A stretch of DNA of 64,000 bases from the IMG/VR virus record IMGVR_UViG_2524614847_000004, positions 1-64,000 of that record; one strand, given 5' to 3'. Below, in pieces: positions 13,101-23,203 of this stretch. The notes under the pieces were generated by a model. The model did not search any database and was not told where the DNA came from. It saw nothing but the letters and a program-made list of their open reading frames with translations. The DNA comes from a virus. Its lineage: Duplodnaviria > Caudoviricetes. How positions within the stretch are numbered: position 1 is the stretch's first letter; each line of letters begins with the position of its first letter. Both the position numbers and the translations under genes were made by a program.

Positions 13101-13391
13101 TAGATTTTGTCGTCCAGTCTCATTTTTAGCTAATAGAATCAGATGATACATAGTATTCTCTCTGCTCATAATAGTAACGTCTGAACATATATAACACTCA
13201 CAACCAATTATAGGTTTAACACCTTTTTCTTTGGCTTTTTTGTAAAACTCAACGGCACCATACATATTACCATGGTCTGTTATTGCAATAGACTTTTGTC
13301 CAAGTTCAAGAATACGGTCAAACAATTCGTCTATTTTTATATTAGCGTCCAATAAACTATATAATGTATGAACATGTAAATGTGTAAATAT
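10173..13391 (-). CDS. dnaE: DNA polymerase III alpha subunit (phage DnaE, YorL-like)
   Basis: PHP domain (HLHVHTLYSLLD, AITDHG), RGSSGGS, PDVDAD catalytic motif, YSFNKSHS; ATA start needed to include the PHP motif. Confidence 0.95.
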   Translation of the reverse strand: MFTHLHVHTLYSLLDANIKIDELFDRILELGQKSIAITDHGNMYGAVEFYKKAKEKGVKPIIGCECYICSDVTIMSRENTMYHLILLAKNETGRQNLQKLVKESTKYKFNKRPRIDFEMLQNYHDGLICLSACMAGEVSRALTSGKLEVAMNIAKKYKDLFGDDYYIEYQAHEELEQQELNKKLVALANMLDIKYVVTCDSHYLTVEDQKYHSIFVKIGQTREVGEMYNDCYIQSEDDVKVKCQSTVEYNLTAIANTQEITDKCNVEYPLSAPIIPHTDIPKSYKSEKQYLQSLCNTGFKNKGFFDWSIEQWKQYMAQIIYDENGNETKREFVHFDTVEEIVKIYKDRARYEINAVLKMGFEGYYLLVHSYISSAERRGIARGSSGGSLLAYLSGIVDIDPIKYGLYFERFIDVGALDLLESNQITKKELKIPDVDADFSPKDRDKVMNHIIDTYGWENVVCLGLFQYIWAKGAIKDIGKVLGIPFEITNEMTKLLDNETIDEALENGVLDSYKDDYPELFEYASKLSGLPKSFGMHPCGKVICMKNADYYSALEYVPDKDVWVLQGDMHTADDLGLVKIDLLGLRTLDVIYDVLEMIGKDYEFIAPHKINLCDKEVWNEFRNGNSLLIFQFESQGMRQMLSDMKCNSIDNLSAANALYRPGAKAYIPNYIARKNGLELITYLHDDLILILEGTYGIIVYQEQLIEIGKLAGLRNPDELRQATAKKKPKLMAKIEPELKSGLMNLGWTKEQVDTLWDDILEFAKYSFNKSHSAAYALTAYITMYLKVHYPTEFITAYVNSYEGDTNKIAEVLDEAKRIGVVFKFDNWKLIKGKTTCKNGIVYLGINTLKGFGENVSNGLQEIGIQSCETFVDLIKLFGTCSDVDKSQFETMIKLDFFSEYGKAGKLLKIYTLYNDIYNAKVFNKAKLPIDENIIRKYARETTKQFRDIDNVGLFNELCSVIEDKGLSLKAKIKNKFEYQGIVDYVDSRLTDFAYVLKTNTKYSPKVKLYYLVSGETEVCKISKKNFTNNPVDVGDVIQMIDVRKKFKYEKVGEEFIQNTSAYDTWIEQYIIK

Positions 13392-15011
13392 TTAACTCAC
13401 CACCCTTATCTCATCACATACCGCCTTTAGTACAAAGTTTCTACCAAAAAACCCAGAATCAAGATTACAGACTATTTCCAATTCGTCATTCATCATGCTT
13501 GATTCCTCCATATCATCAAATGAACCTGTAAAATTCCATTTAATAATATTCGTATAGCCATTTGGCTTAACAACCAGATGCTTGTAATCACTCATCTGTC
13601 CAATCTCATATTCATCAATACCATTTATAAATACTTTGACTGGTTTAAATCCTTCTCCTGATACTCTATCAATAGTTTTAATTCTGTCTACCAACTGCCT
13701 AGTTAAGTCGTCAATATTTATCCTAATATCAACATCTACTGAAAAGTCAGTTTTCAATTCTGGAAGATTTGTTTCTATGTAATCAATAAATTTGTTATAA
13801 TTAACTTTCTCAATCTCTATACCACTCGCCAATTCGTGGCCATCTGCCTTTGCTAAACCACTTTCATTACATATTTTTCTGAAGTCATCAACACCGATAG
13901 CTCGCATAGATCCAGCAAATGAACCGTCACAATCTTTTAAGACCAATATTGGGCGCTGATATTTTTCAAGTAATTTGTTTGCAATTAACCCACTAATTCC
14001 GTAAGGAGTGTCTATCAACGAAACAATCATTTTTCTATCAACCTGTGATTCGCATTGTTTCATTAAATCTGGCAATCGTAACTTCACTTCTTCGTTCTGT
14101 TGCTCTTTACATTTCTTTAATTCTTTAACATACTTCAAAACTTCTTTGTTATCGTCAGCCAAAAAAGCGTTCATAGCTGATTCATTCTGTCCCATTCTAT
14201 TTGCTGCGTTTATTAAAGGGGCTATACTAAATGAGACTGCTGTACTGTTAAACTCAAAACTACCAACAATTTTCTTAATTGCAGGATTATATATAGTTTC
14301 GAGTCCCTTTGTGACTATATATCTATTCTCCATAACAGTCATATCCATCATATCTGCGATAATTCCACATGCTGCTAAGTCAATCAAAGAATCGGCATGA
14401 TCAGTTATATATTGCTCATCAACATATTTGCAAAATTTCCATACGACACCTGCGCCAGACAATGCTTTATTCTCATAGCCTAGCTGTGATGATACAAGCG
14501 CTACATATTTTTCATATGGAACATCGTTTTTTACTGCATGATGGTCTAATACGACAACATGAATCCCCTTCTCGGTCAATCTTTTGTATTGCTTAATGTC
14601 ACTGTCTAGACTATCTACCACAATCAACAAATCAAGCCCATCAAATTTCTCTAAATCTTGTGATTTCAGTCCATGCCTTTTACCTTCATTGATAAATGTT
14701 TTAACATTTTCTTTTTTAGTAAAATTCCACAGATATCTAGTCATAATGGTTCCAGATGTAATTCCATCGCAGTCAGTGTCGAAGAAAACTCCAATCATAC
14801 CAGAATTACTCAGCGCAGTATCTAATTCGCTAAATGCTTTATCTATGTTTTTCAGTGAGTCTAGTGGTAGTAAATCATTTTCACTTGGATTCAGAAATCT
14901 ATCTGGTTCAACTATCCCTCTCGACCCCAGTACTGTTTCAAAAATCTCTTCTTCATACATTCCACGACAATCGTTCAAAATGTTATAATTCGTCGTCATC
15001 ATCACTTCCAA
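13392..15011 (-). CDS. recJ: RecJ-like DHH ssDNA exonuclease (YorK-like)
   Basis: DTDCDG, DHH, SGAGV, ADMM, GSMR, GHELASG motifs. Confidence 0.92.
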   Translation of the reverse strand: MEVMMTTNYNILNDCRGMYEEEIFETVLGSRGIVEPDRFLNPSENDLLPLDSLKNIDKAFSELDTALSNSGMIGVFFDTDCDGITSGTIMTRYLWNFTKKENVKTFINEGKRHGLKSQDLEKFDGLDLLIVVDSLDSDIKQYKRLTEKGIHVVVLDHHAVKNDVPYEKYVALVSSQLGYENKALSGAGVVWKFCKYVDEQYITDHADSLIDLAACGIIADMMDMTVMENRYIVTKGLETIYNPAIKKIVGSFEFNSTAVSFSIAPLINAANRMGQNESAMNAFLADDNKEVLKYVKELKKCKEQQNEEVKLRLPDLMKQCESQVDRKMIVSLIDTPYGISGLIANKLLEKYQRPILVLKDCDGSFAGSMRAIGVDDFRKICNESGLAKADGHELASGIEIEKVNYNKFIDYIETNLPELKTDFSVDVDIRINIDDLTRQLVDRIKTIDRVSGEGFKPVKVFINGIDEYEIGQMSDYKHLVVKPNGYTNIIKWNFTGSFDDMEESSMMNDELEIVCNLDSGFFGRNFVLKAVCDEIRVVS

Positions 15012-16008
15012 TCATTTTTATTTCACTATGTAATATTCTCAAAAGCTCATTTTTCCCTGAATCAGATGGAGAAATTTTATTCTTATAATTCTTATTGAAA
15101 TAGTCCCAATATCCAAAACTTATCTCCGAAAATCTTGAATACGACTTCGAAATGTTTATATTCCGCATTATACTTTCAAGTTCAAAGCCAACATCATGCA
15201 TGAATATCAGTGCCTTGGGGTTTAATTCATAAAGCATTTGTATTTGCTTTGGGTTAATTGATCCACTACCAATCGCCACACAGTTCCTGATGCCATATGA
15301 ATAACATTGCATAACACTTTTTTCACTTTCAAAAATTAACACAACATTATCTACGAGAAAATTATAGTTGTGTGAGTACCCGTACAACGTTTGCGAAATT
15401 TGACATGGAACCAAATAGTAATACTTCATTTCTCCATCTGGAACATCATAGTTGCACCTTACTTTTGCACCCATTATCTGTCCGAGTTGGTTATATATAG
15501 GAATTACAATTCCTTGTGATTCCACATCATACATGATATTAAAGAATCGCTGTGCTTCAAGTGATATATTGTCATTAAGAAATCGTAAATTCCCACACTT
15601 TATGTAGTGATTTAATATTGAATTTTCATATGTTCTAACCTTGTTTATATTACGTTTTCTTACTCTTTCATAAAAACCTCCGAAAATTCCCTTGCTATCA
15701 AAAAAATCGTAGTAATCTGTTATATTTAAAATATCTTTTATTACAGCCAAAACTTCTGAAAAGCCAACTCTTCTTTGCTCGCTTATATAACCAAACAAAT
15801 CTTTTTCTATGTTCCTTGCGAAATCATGAACATATAAATATTGATTATTTTCAAGTTTGATTACTATAGACTTTTTTGACGCATCAATTGCTCTACCAAA
15901 TTGTAAATACTTGGGTCTTACCACTACATTGCAATAACCAAAATGTTCAAGAACTTCTTTCAGTTTATCTGGGTGATTTAACAATTCTTTCTTAATGTCA
16001 TTTAGCAT
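14983..16008 (-). CDS. DNA primase-like TOPRIM protein (YorJ-like)
   Basis: IVIPIYN, LYG, FESEKSVMQ TOPRIM-like motif; lies between helicase and RecJ. Confidence 0.8.
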   Translation of the reverse strand: MLNDIKKELLNHPDKLKEVLEHFGYCNVVVRPKYLQFGRAIDASKKSIVIKLENNQYLYVHDFARNIEKDLFGYISEQRRVGFSEVLAVIKDILNITDYYDFFDSKGIFGGFYERVRKRNINKVRTYENSILNHYIKCGNLRFLNDNISLEAQRFFNIMYDVESQGIVIPIYNQLGQIMGAKVRCNYDVPDGEMKYYYLVPCQISQTLYGYSHNYNFLVDNVVLIFESEKSVMQCYSYGIRNCVAIGSGSINPKQIQMLYELNPKALIFMHDVGFELESIMRNINISKSYSRFSEISFGYWDYFNKNYKNKISPSDSGKNELLRILHSEIKMIGSDDDDEL

Positions 16009-16022
16009 ATATTATCACTCTA

Positions 16023-17573
16023 TTATCTTATTTCACCATGTTTCGGATGGCACTGTGCTACCTCTCTGAACAAACAGTGATCCCCGTCGAATTTTAATAA
16101 GTACGCGATGCCTGTATCTGAAGAATTCCTGCCATTTCTAGTTTTCTCAACAAATAGCATTCTCCACACCGCTGTTCTGTCCGGTTTATATTCTTCTTCA
16201 ATCCATTTGTCGTTCACCTTGATGATTTTAAATGGCTTGCAGTAATATTTACTTTTTTCATCTAACTCTTCGTCATATACATTTCGCATTAGAAATAAAC
16301 CCTCTAATATTTCTTTTATTTGTTTTGAATTAGATAAAACGGAACTATCAAGGAATAATTTGCCTTTCATATACTCGGCTAGCTGAACGGAAGCCAACAT
16401 AATAATGTTATATTTTTTACCCATCTTGTCTAAATCTCTACTGTCTTTAACCAGAGATAAATCTTGACGAGAACCATTGAAGTCTGATTCCTGAATTTTA
16501 AAGGTGTCATAAAGAACTGTATCATATCCATACCTTAATACATTTTCTCTGATTTTCTTCTTAACGATGCTCATGTCCGCATCATTGATAGACACAAATT
16601 TAACTTTACCTTTATATTTCTCTTTCCAAAAATTCTGTACTTTTTTTAACTCTTGGCGACTTGCTGTATCAATGTCTCCTGCTGTAAATTTACCTTTTGT
16701 TAATTTGAAGTACCGACTATATTTAGCTAACAACCAAACCATAAACTTAGTCTTAAACTTTTTAATTCGTTCTTCGTTTGATATAATCAATACTTTTCGG
16801 TCACGATACAATAAAGCCATAATAACAGTAATCCACCATGTGCTTTTACCTGATGACGAGAACCCTCCAAGCATGGTAAGAGTCCCCTCTAATAATCCCA
16901 TCGTTTGTCTGGATAGAAATTGAAAACAATTTATCTCATTCCCATTTATGTCATATCCAGCAATATCAAATGGTATCCCATTTTCAAGACCTTCCTTACA
17001 ACTCTCTATAAACTCATCATCAAAATCTATCTCTTCTTCTTCAATTATTTTGCTTGAATACCCAGTTCCATATGATGCGATTCTAGCTTCATACCAATCT
17101 GTTACTTCTTCAGCACTCATTTTACGGAACAATTTTAGTGGGACAATACTTTTACCATTTACATCAATTTCTTTTAGTAAATTAAAACCGTCATCATGCA
17201 TATTAATTAAAGTATTTTCTCGATACAGAATATCTATATACGTATCAAAATTCTGAAGATTAATAATGTCAATTTGATGTTGTATCGTATCCCAACCACC
17301 AATAGAGTCATATCTTTCAATAACATCTTCCGACATATTGGAGAGAATCGTTACTTCATCTAATGAATAAAACCCCTTTGCTCTTAATTGCTTTAGTAAT
17401 GAGAAGTAAAATAATCCATCACTTGATATAAAATCATTCTGTTCAAATGTAGTTTCATCAAGCAATAACATATCTTTGAAGAAACAACTTACCACATTGC
17501 CCTCTGTAGAAATTCTATCTTTTAATAGTTGTGGTGGATATTTTTCTTTCACGCCAGTGATAAATTCTGCTAT
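16023..17573 (-). CDS. DnaB-like replicative helicase (YorI-like), probable ATA start
   Basis: Walker A GFSSSGKS, SNEE, YDTFK, ASVQL, EKTRNG; ATA at 17573 follows an AGGTGA RBS. Confidence 0.88.
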   Translation of the reverse strand: MAEFITGVKEKYPPQLLKDRISTEGNVVSCFFKDMLLLDETTFEQNDFISSDGLFYFSLLKQLRAKGFYSLDEVTILSNMSEDVIERYDSIGGWDTIQHQIDIINLQNFDTYIDILYRENTLINMHDDGFNLLKEIDVNGKSIVPLKLFRKMSAEEVTDWYEARIASYGTGYSSKIIEEEEIDFDDEFIESCKEGLENGIPFDIAGYDINGNEINCFQFLSRQTMGLLEGTLTMLGGFSSSGKSTWWITVIMALLYRDRKVLIISNEERIKKFKTKFMVWLLAKYSRYFKLTKGKFTAGDIDTASRQELKKVQNFWKEKYKGKVKFVSINDADMSIVKKKIRENVLRYGYDTVLYDTFKIQESDFNGSRQDLSLVKDSRDLDKMGKKYNIIMLASVQLAEYMKGKLFLDSSVLSNSKQIKEILEGLFLMRNVYDEELDEKSKYYCKPFKIIKVNDKWIEEEYKPDRTAVWRMLFVEKTRNGRNSSDTGIAYLLKFDGDHCLFREVAQCHPKHGEIR

Positions 17574-18055
17574 AACTCTTCACCTACTTCCTGCTCAATT
17601 TCAAGTAATGATTTACGCTTCTTTCTTTGGGTATATTTCACTGTTGGCATATCTATTTCGATCCTTTTTTCTGGCTGCTTACTTTCAATTTTAAAATCTG
17701 CTAAACTGTTTTTAAGGATAGTTGAAAAATATCTAATTTGAGCATATTCACTTTTGAAATCTTTGTTTAAAACATTGGAGAGATATTTTTCATTTTCACA
17801 CAAATACTGGTATGTTTTTTCATACCCATATACACTTTCAAGTTCTGAAATCTCCTTAAACAGAGTAGTATTAGTTACTTTTCTCCCAAAAATATTAAAT
17901 ATTTCTTCATATGTATCATCTTTAATTTTAATCTTTTCAAGTTTTCCTAAATATTCTTCCTGATTACAGTAATACTCATTTACATTTTTATTTCTAACCT
18001 TGTATGCAGTATCTCTATCAATTTTATTTCCACAAATACGACATTTAACTAACAT
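17570..18055 (-). CDS. replication-module protein (YorH-like, possible helicase loader)
   Basis: N-terminal CRIC...YYC zinc motif; syntenic position. Confidence 0.6.
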   Translation of the reverse strand: MLVKCRICGNKIDRDTAYKVRNKNVNEYYCNQEEYLGKLEKIKIKDDTYEEIFNIFGRKVTNTTLFKEISELESVYGYEKTYQYLCENEKYLSNVLNKDFKSEYAQIRYFSTILKNSLADFKIESKQPEKRIEIDMPTVKYTQRKKRKSLLEIEQEVGEEL

Positions 18056-18105
18056 GTGATTACCCCTTTTTTATAGAAGAGGAGAGGGAAAACCCTCTCA
18101 TTCAC

Positions 18106-19296
18106 CTATTTTAATACATCATAAATTTTCTTTAAATCGGACTCAGGAACATCGTTTAGTTTTCCATGTTCAGAAATCATTTCTTTCACTTTTGATTTGG
18201 TAGATGAATCAGAGCATTCTTTAAACATTGTTCTAATTGTCCCAATTAAATCTTCTGGATAATCAGATTCAATTTCTTCAGTATTAGTACCGGAATTATC
18301 TCCAACAATCACGTCATCAATGTCTAAATTTTCTTCCTCGAATGGAGCCGTCTCTTCTACTACTTTCTCCTCTTTCTTTTTATTTACCTTCTCTGACACT
18401 TTTGTTTTCTTTCCGTTTAATAGTGTTTTAGATTTTTCCATTCCATCTTCTACAATTTTAATAAATTCATGAGCCATATTAGGTTTATCAAATACCATAT
18501 ACTCAGGAACTGCATCATCAGCAAATCTTCCACCTGCATCGATGATTGGCGTTCCGCGGAAGTAAAGTTTTCTAATAGTATCAGTTGAATACTTTTTAAC
18601 TTTATCTCCGACTTTCTTCTCCTCGAAATCCCGGTCAATAACTCCTGTTAAAGTAACATCAAAAATATCACCAAATGCTGCTTCATAATCAGCACCTAAG
18701 TTAGAGGTAAGCTGCATATATCCGTCTTCCTCTAAACCTCCCTTTTCTTTAATCTGTTTAAATTTTGTATGAGCAATCACCCACGTTCCAAAACCTGCCA
18801 ACTGTAATTCAGACATATATGGCTTAATGATATCGTTAGCAGAATATTTTTCACCTGCTGTATATCCACCCATGGCTGCTTTAACAGATTTACATTTTTT
18901 ATTAGGATTTTCTAAGTTACTTTGTCTAATTGTTTCTTTGTCAGCGATAAGAGCCAGTTCATCTCCTGTATCAAAGGCAACAATTTCGATATTATGCTCT
19001 TTACCTTTTTCGTTAATGAGCCAATCTTTCAATTCAACCATATCTTTGTATGTACTGATCTGAACTACATTTAAATTATCCAACATCTTATACCCAATTT
19101 CATTGCCACAACCTACCAAAAGTCCTCTTGTTGGATCTCCGTACTTCTCTAAAATCATATCTCTGAAAAGTGTTGTTTTACCAAATTTTTTGGTTGAACG
19201 TAAATAAATTGATAAGTTCTTAATATCTGTATTGATTGTATTTACCTGTGGTTTTTTCATTATATGCTGCTCCTTTTGTTCTATAATTAATTGCAC
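18106..19296 (-). CDS. AAA_24/Sak4-like ATPase (YorG-like)
   Basis: Walker A-like STKKFGKTT, VAFDT Walker B, GGYTAG, IAH, AGGRF; true start probably the ATG at 19260. Confidence 0.75.
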   Translation of the reverse strand: MQLIIEQKEQHIMKKPQVNTINTDIKNLSIYLRSTKKFGKTTLFRDMILEKYGDPTRGLLVGCGNEIGYKMLDNLNVVQISTYKDMVELKDWLINEKGKEHNIEIVAFDTGDELALIADKETIRQSNLENPNKKCKSVKAAMGGYTAGEKYSANDIIKPYMSELQLAGFGTWVIAHTKFKQIKEKGGLEEDGYMQLTSNLGADYEAAFGDIFDVTLTGVIDRDFEEKKVGDKVKKYSTDTIRKLYFRGTPIIDAGGRFADDAVPEYMVFDKPNMAHEFIKIVEDGMEKSKTLLNGKKTKVSEKVNKKKEEKVVEETAPFEEENLDIDDVIVGDNSGTNTEEIESDYPEDLIGTIRTMFKECSDSSTKSKVKEMISEHGKLNDVPESDLKKIYDVLK

Positions 19297-19324
19297 AACA
19301 TGGTTATATTATTTGTTCTAAATA

Positions 19325-20530
19325 CTACAGATCGTCGTCTTCAAAAAGATCTTCTGTACCTTCTGGTAATTCTTTTTCAATTGTTTTAATTACCATATCA
19401 TCGTCTGTATAGATTGAATCGTTTCTTCCCTTAGTGAACCCCTTTGCTGGCTTGATGAACTGGTATTCCTGAATTCTGTCTCCATAAACATTTCCACCAA
19501 GTTCTTCACGAATATCTTCAATAGTAATAAGACCACAATTTAAATCTTCTATCTGATCGTCTGTAAGCATATCTTCTGTAATCTCGGTTTTCTGTGCGCC
19601 ATTCAGCATAGAAACAATTACTCCATACTCTTTCCACGTATCATCTTCAACAGTAAACTTTCTTTTGATTGACTCAACCTTTTTCTTATCTTTTTCATTG
19701 GCATCAGTAGGTGCAACAGGAATTGAAATAGTCACCGGACATGGAATATTTGACTTACGATTATTGTCATATTCCATCATGAAACCATTCACATAGTATT
19801 TTCCTTTTTCTTCAACACTCAGATCGTCAAAACTGTCCTTGTTGTACAAAATGTTGAGAGTTGCAGTAGAATGTTCTTCTGAATCGTCTGCTGCTAAGTA
19901 GATTCTTGATGGGATATAATTTTCATACACTTTTTCTTTGTTTTCCGAATATGAATAATTTCCGTTTCCCCTAATCAGAAATTTTTTATCTTTGAATTTA
20001 CCACTATCTATCACCTTTTTGATAAATTCAGCAAAATCCCATTCAGAAATAAATTCGTGTCTTTTCTTGTTAGACTTGGTAAGAGCCTCATCCAATTCAG
20101 ATTCACTAGCAATTTCCATATCCTTTAATTCTTCATCTGTAAGTGATGCCCCCTCTTTAACCTTTTCAGCAGCCTTTTCAAGCTTATATCTTCTGCCTGG
20201 CTTTTCTGTATCAAAGATGAATTTTTTAAACTCCGCTACCTCTGCTAATTTCTTAGAAGTAAGCCTATCCTTGAATGGAATCTTTAATGATTCACCTTTG
20301 ACCTTTTTTCCATTTTCGTTTACAGACCCTTTTGAAAATGTCCAAACATCTCCATGACCATCAGCAAATGCTCCTGCATCAACTGTTAATAAGTGCCTAT
20401 TATCTCCGCATGTGACATTAAACATAATTCTTCTTTTTACCCAGCCAGAATCATACTGTTTTTCACTCCATGGTTTAAACTTATCTGTTTCCTTTGATAA
20501 AGAAATTCTTCCTACCATTTCAAAATTCAT
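19325..20530 (-). CDS. putative single-stranded DNA-binding protein (YorF-like)
   Basis: First gene of the replication module; acidic C-terminal tail (EDLFEDDDL). Confidence 0.55.
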   Translation of the reverse strand: MNFEMVGRISLSKETDKFKPWSEKQYDSGWVKRRIMFNVTCGDNRHLLTVDAGAFADGHGDVWTFSKGSVNENGKKVKGESLKIPFKDRLTSKKLAEVAEFKKFIFDTEKPGRRYKLEKAAEKVKEGASLTDEELKDMEIASESELDEALTKSNKKRHEFISEWDFAEFIKKVIDSGKFKDKKFLIRGNGNYSYSENKEKVYENYIPSRIYLAADDSEEHSTATLNILYNKDSFDDLSVEEKGKYYVNGFMMEYDNNRKSNIPCPVTISIPVAPTDANEKDKKKVESIKRKFTVEDDTWKEYGVIVSMLNGAQKTEITEDMLTDDQIEDLNCGLITIEDIREELGGNVYGDRIQEYQFIKPAKGFTKGRNDSIYTDDDMVIKTIEKELPEGTEDLFEDDDL

Positions 20531-21931
20531 GTACTATATGTACCTCCTTTAAATTAAAATTGTTTTTGGTTTTCTATGTAAACACCAGCTCATCACCAGC
20601 GATAACATGAAACTTGCTCTATGTGAAATCTATTTAAAAGTTGCATTTTCTCGGAAATTTTGAACCGTATTTGACCGCTTTTCCGATAAAAAGGTGCAAA
20701 AATAATAAGGCATCGAAATACCATATCCGAATATTGATATTATTGTTTATGTATTACTTAATGACCTCTCCCTATTTCTATAGATTTGGTTAATTGGTTA
20801 CTCAATATATATTACTTTTTACTCTTACTCGTATTTGTCTGCGAACTCTTAAAATACTTACCGATAGTGGCTAAGATCGCACATGTAAGAGGAATCAATT
20901 CTCTTGTAAATCTTGTTGTATCAAAAATTAAATTCAATCCATTGACCACTGCATTACCTACGAAGTAATTAAGAATCATTCCCCCTAGATAAGAAAATCC
21001 AAAAGTCAGAACAGGTGCAAAAACAAGTAACCCCATTAGTCCTGCAAATGCTGTTAGCACTACTGTTACAGAACCAATATTTTCTAGTGTTTCATTCTTC
21101 AATAGTTAATCTCCTTTCCGTTCCATATTAAACTTGATGTGCGAATAAGTACCACAAAACTATAAAGTACAATATCCAAACTATGTTGTCGCAATTGCGA
21201 TTCCACTGAAGTTCTTTAAATTGTTTCCACTCATAGGCGTACCAGACTGCGGATATTGCCATGCTAACAATGAGCGCTTTTAAAAATGCCATTAAACACC
21301 TCCTATCTCACAATCATATCTTCAATACTACTTTCAGATATCTTACGTTCTCTCGCAGCTTCAGGAGTCATAATCCCAATATAATACCCTCGACTAACTA
21401 TGTATTTCCCAGGCTTATGTTCTCTCAACCAATCCTCAACTTTCTCAGCAAATTTCTCCTGATACTCACAAATCTCATTATTGCCGTAATTGTCTTCATA
21501 GTCATCTTCGTCCATGTATTGGGCGAACACCATTGCATTTTCAGCTTCTTCCATATCAATTAGAAATTGCTGAAATTCTTCTTCCATTTCTTCGTACATG
21601 ATTCACCTTCTTTCCACTATCTTTTTAGGATAAATTCACAATTTGATTAGCTCAACACATTGATTAAAACCAATGCTGCAGCGATTGCCGTCACTGCTTT
21701 CCAATCAAAGTTAAAAGCAAAAAATCCATCAAACAAACTAATCTTCATTATGTAATACCCCTCTCTACTTACCAGCTCCCCATTTAACCTTGCCGTTGGC
21801 TGCTACCTCTGGTCTGTTCTTCTTCACCTTACTCATAATACTTTTGAACCTTGCAAATTCTGTTTTCTTTCCCTTCATTGATTAAGTCTCCTTTTTTCAT
21901 ATTTGGTTTGTATATTCTGTTTACACGATAA

Positions 21932-21980
21932 ATAATAGCACCTATTGTTGGTGTTGTCAATAGGTTTTTAAATTCTTTTT
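21932..21980 (-). promoter_or_regulatory. conserved phage promoter/operator (copy 2), upstream of the replication module
   Basis: AAAAAGAATTTAAAAACCTA-TTGACA-17nt-TATTAT; inner palindrome ACCTATTG...CAATAGGT. Confidence 0.85.
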
Positions 21981-22209
21981 AGATATTATAAGCAAACTAC
22001 ACTTTTATAGCAATTTTAAAGCCGGTACAAAATCAGAATAACCAATTTGCTGCTTATCCGTTATTCGGCGCAATTCTATTATTGCTTCATTAATGTTGAC
22101 AATATCACTTAATTGTTTTGCTGATCTACTATGAATCTTTTCCCGATATGTAAATATCTTTCTCATTCACCCATCCTTTATTGTATTTTAGTATCCTCAC
22201 ATGATATAA

Positions 22210-22419
22210 TTGAATTATTCATGCCAAAGGAGCGATAATATGTCAACGAGAGATTCTTTAAAAATGTTGTATCAAGAGTGCCTAAATTTGGATCTTGACG
22301 AAACCACACAACTAATCCTTGAAACTGCTAATGAAGAAGAACAAGAATTTTATTCATTGATCTACGACTTTATACTTCAACAAAGACAGAAAATGGTGAT
22401 TAAAGATAATCTGTTTTGA
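22210..22419 (+). CDS. small counter-oriented hypothetical protein (moron-like)
   Basis: AAGGAG RBS before the ATG at 22240 and an upstream TGnTATAAT. Confidence 0.65.
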   Translation: MNYSCQRSDNMSTRDSLKMLYQECLNLDLDETTQLILETANEEEQEFYSLIYDFILQQRQKMVIKDNLF

Positions 22420-22861
22420 TGTAACCCTTTCTTCCTCAAGAGTAAATTGATATTTGGTTATAACTTCTCACACCATTCGCCGTTAATCTTTCTCATGGTG
22501 TAATCACCTGTGATAATTCTGTCTCCACAATCAATTGTCATTTCATCTGCATTCACACAGATAGTTACGCAGCACATGTCCGAATACAGCTCCTTTACGA
22601 TAGCATGAATCTCTTTTAATTTTACATCTTTATAGCTACTCATTATTCGATCCTTTCTTTGGAAATAAATCTGATCTATTTTCTCTTGCAAACCTCATTC
22701 CAATAATATATTGACACTTATGTATTCCGTCACAGAAATCCCTCCGTTCGTCTGGATGATGAATCTCTAATTTCAGAAATTCTTTCAGCAATCAGCTAAC
22801 ATTTTCAATCATAACCACATATCTTTTTCTTTCTATGAGCATATGCTCCCTACCTTTTCCT

Positions 22862-23203
22862 TTAGATATTATCTCTTTCAGTCATAGTTGCTGTATCAAT
22901 GGTAATTCCTAAAGCTGCCTGCAAAACTGCTGGCATCTCATCAACCAATAATCGAGATGGTTTAATTCTACCTCTTGCATTATCTCCAGCTAAATCATTT
23001 ACAGTTAAAGGCTCTGGAATATCTAATCCCATTCTTTCAGCTTCTATTTTGACATAATCCTTACTGCCAATCGTGGCAGTTAAAATTGGGATCTGTGTCA
23101 TATGTGATTTCATTAATAAATATGTAGTCTTACCTTTACCTCTTCCTAAGTTTAAAATATCCATCATTTTTTTCCTTTCTTCAATCCAAGTCCAATGGCA
23201 CAA
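22862..23203 (-). CDS. small P-loop protein
   Basis: GRGKGKTT Walker A and LLVDE Walker B-like motifs. Confidence 0.6.
   Translation of the reverse strand: MCHWTWIEERKKMMDILNLGRGKGKTTYLLMKSHMTQIPILTATIGSKDYVKIEAERMGLDIPEPLTVNDLAGDNARGRIKPSRLLVDEMPAVLQAALGITIDTATMTERDNI

Noticed and set aside
10173-17573. Inteins or introns in DnaE or the helicase
   Set aside because: Lengths are ordinary and no intein terminal motifs or homing endonuclease insertions are evident
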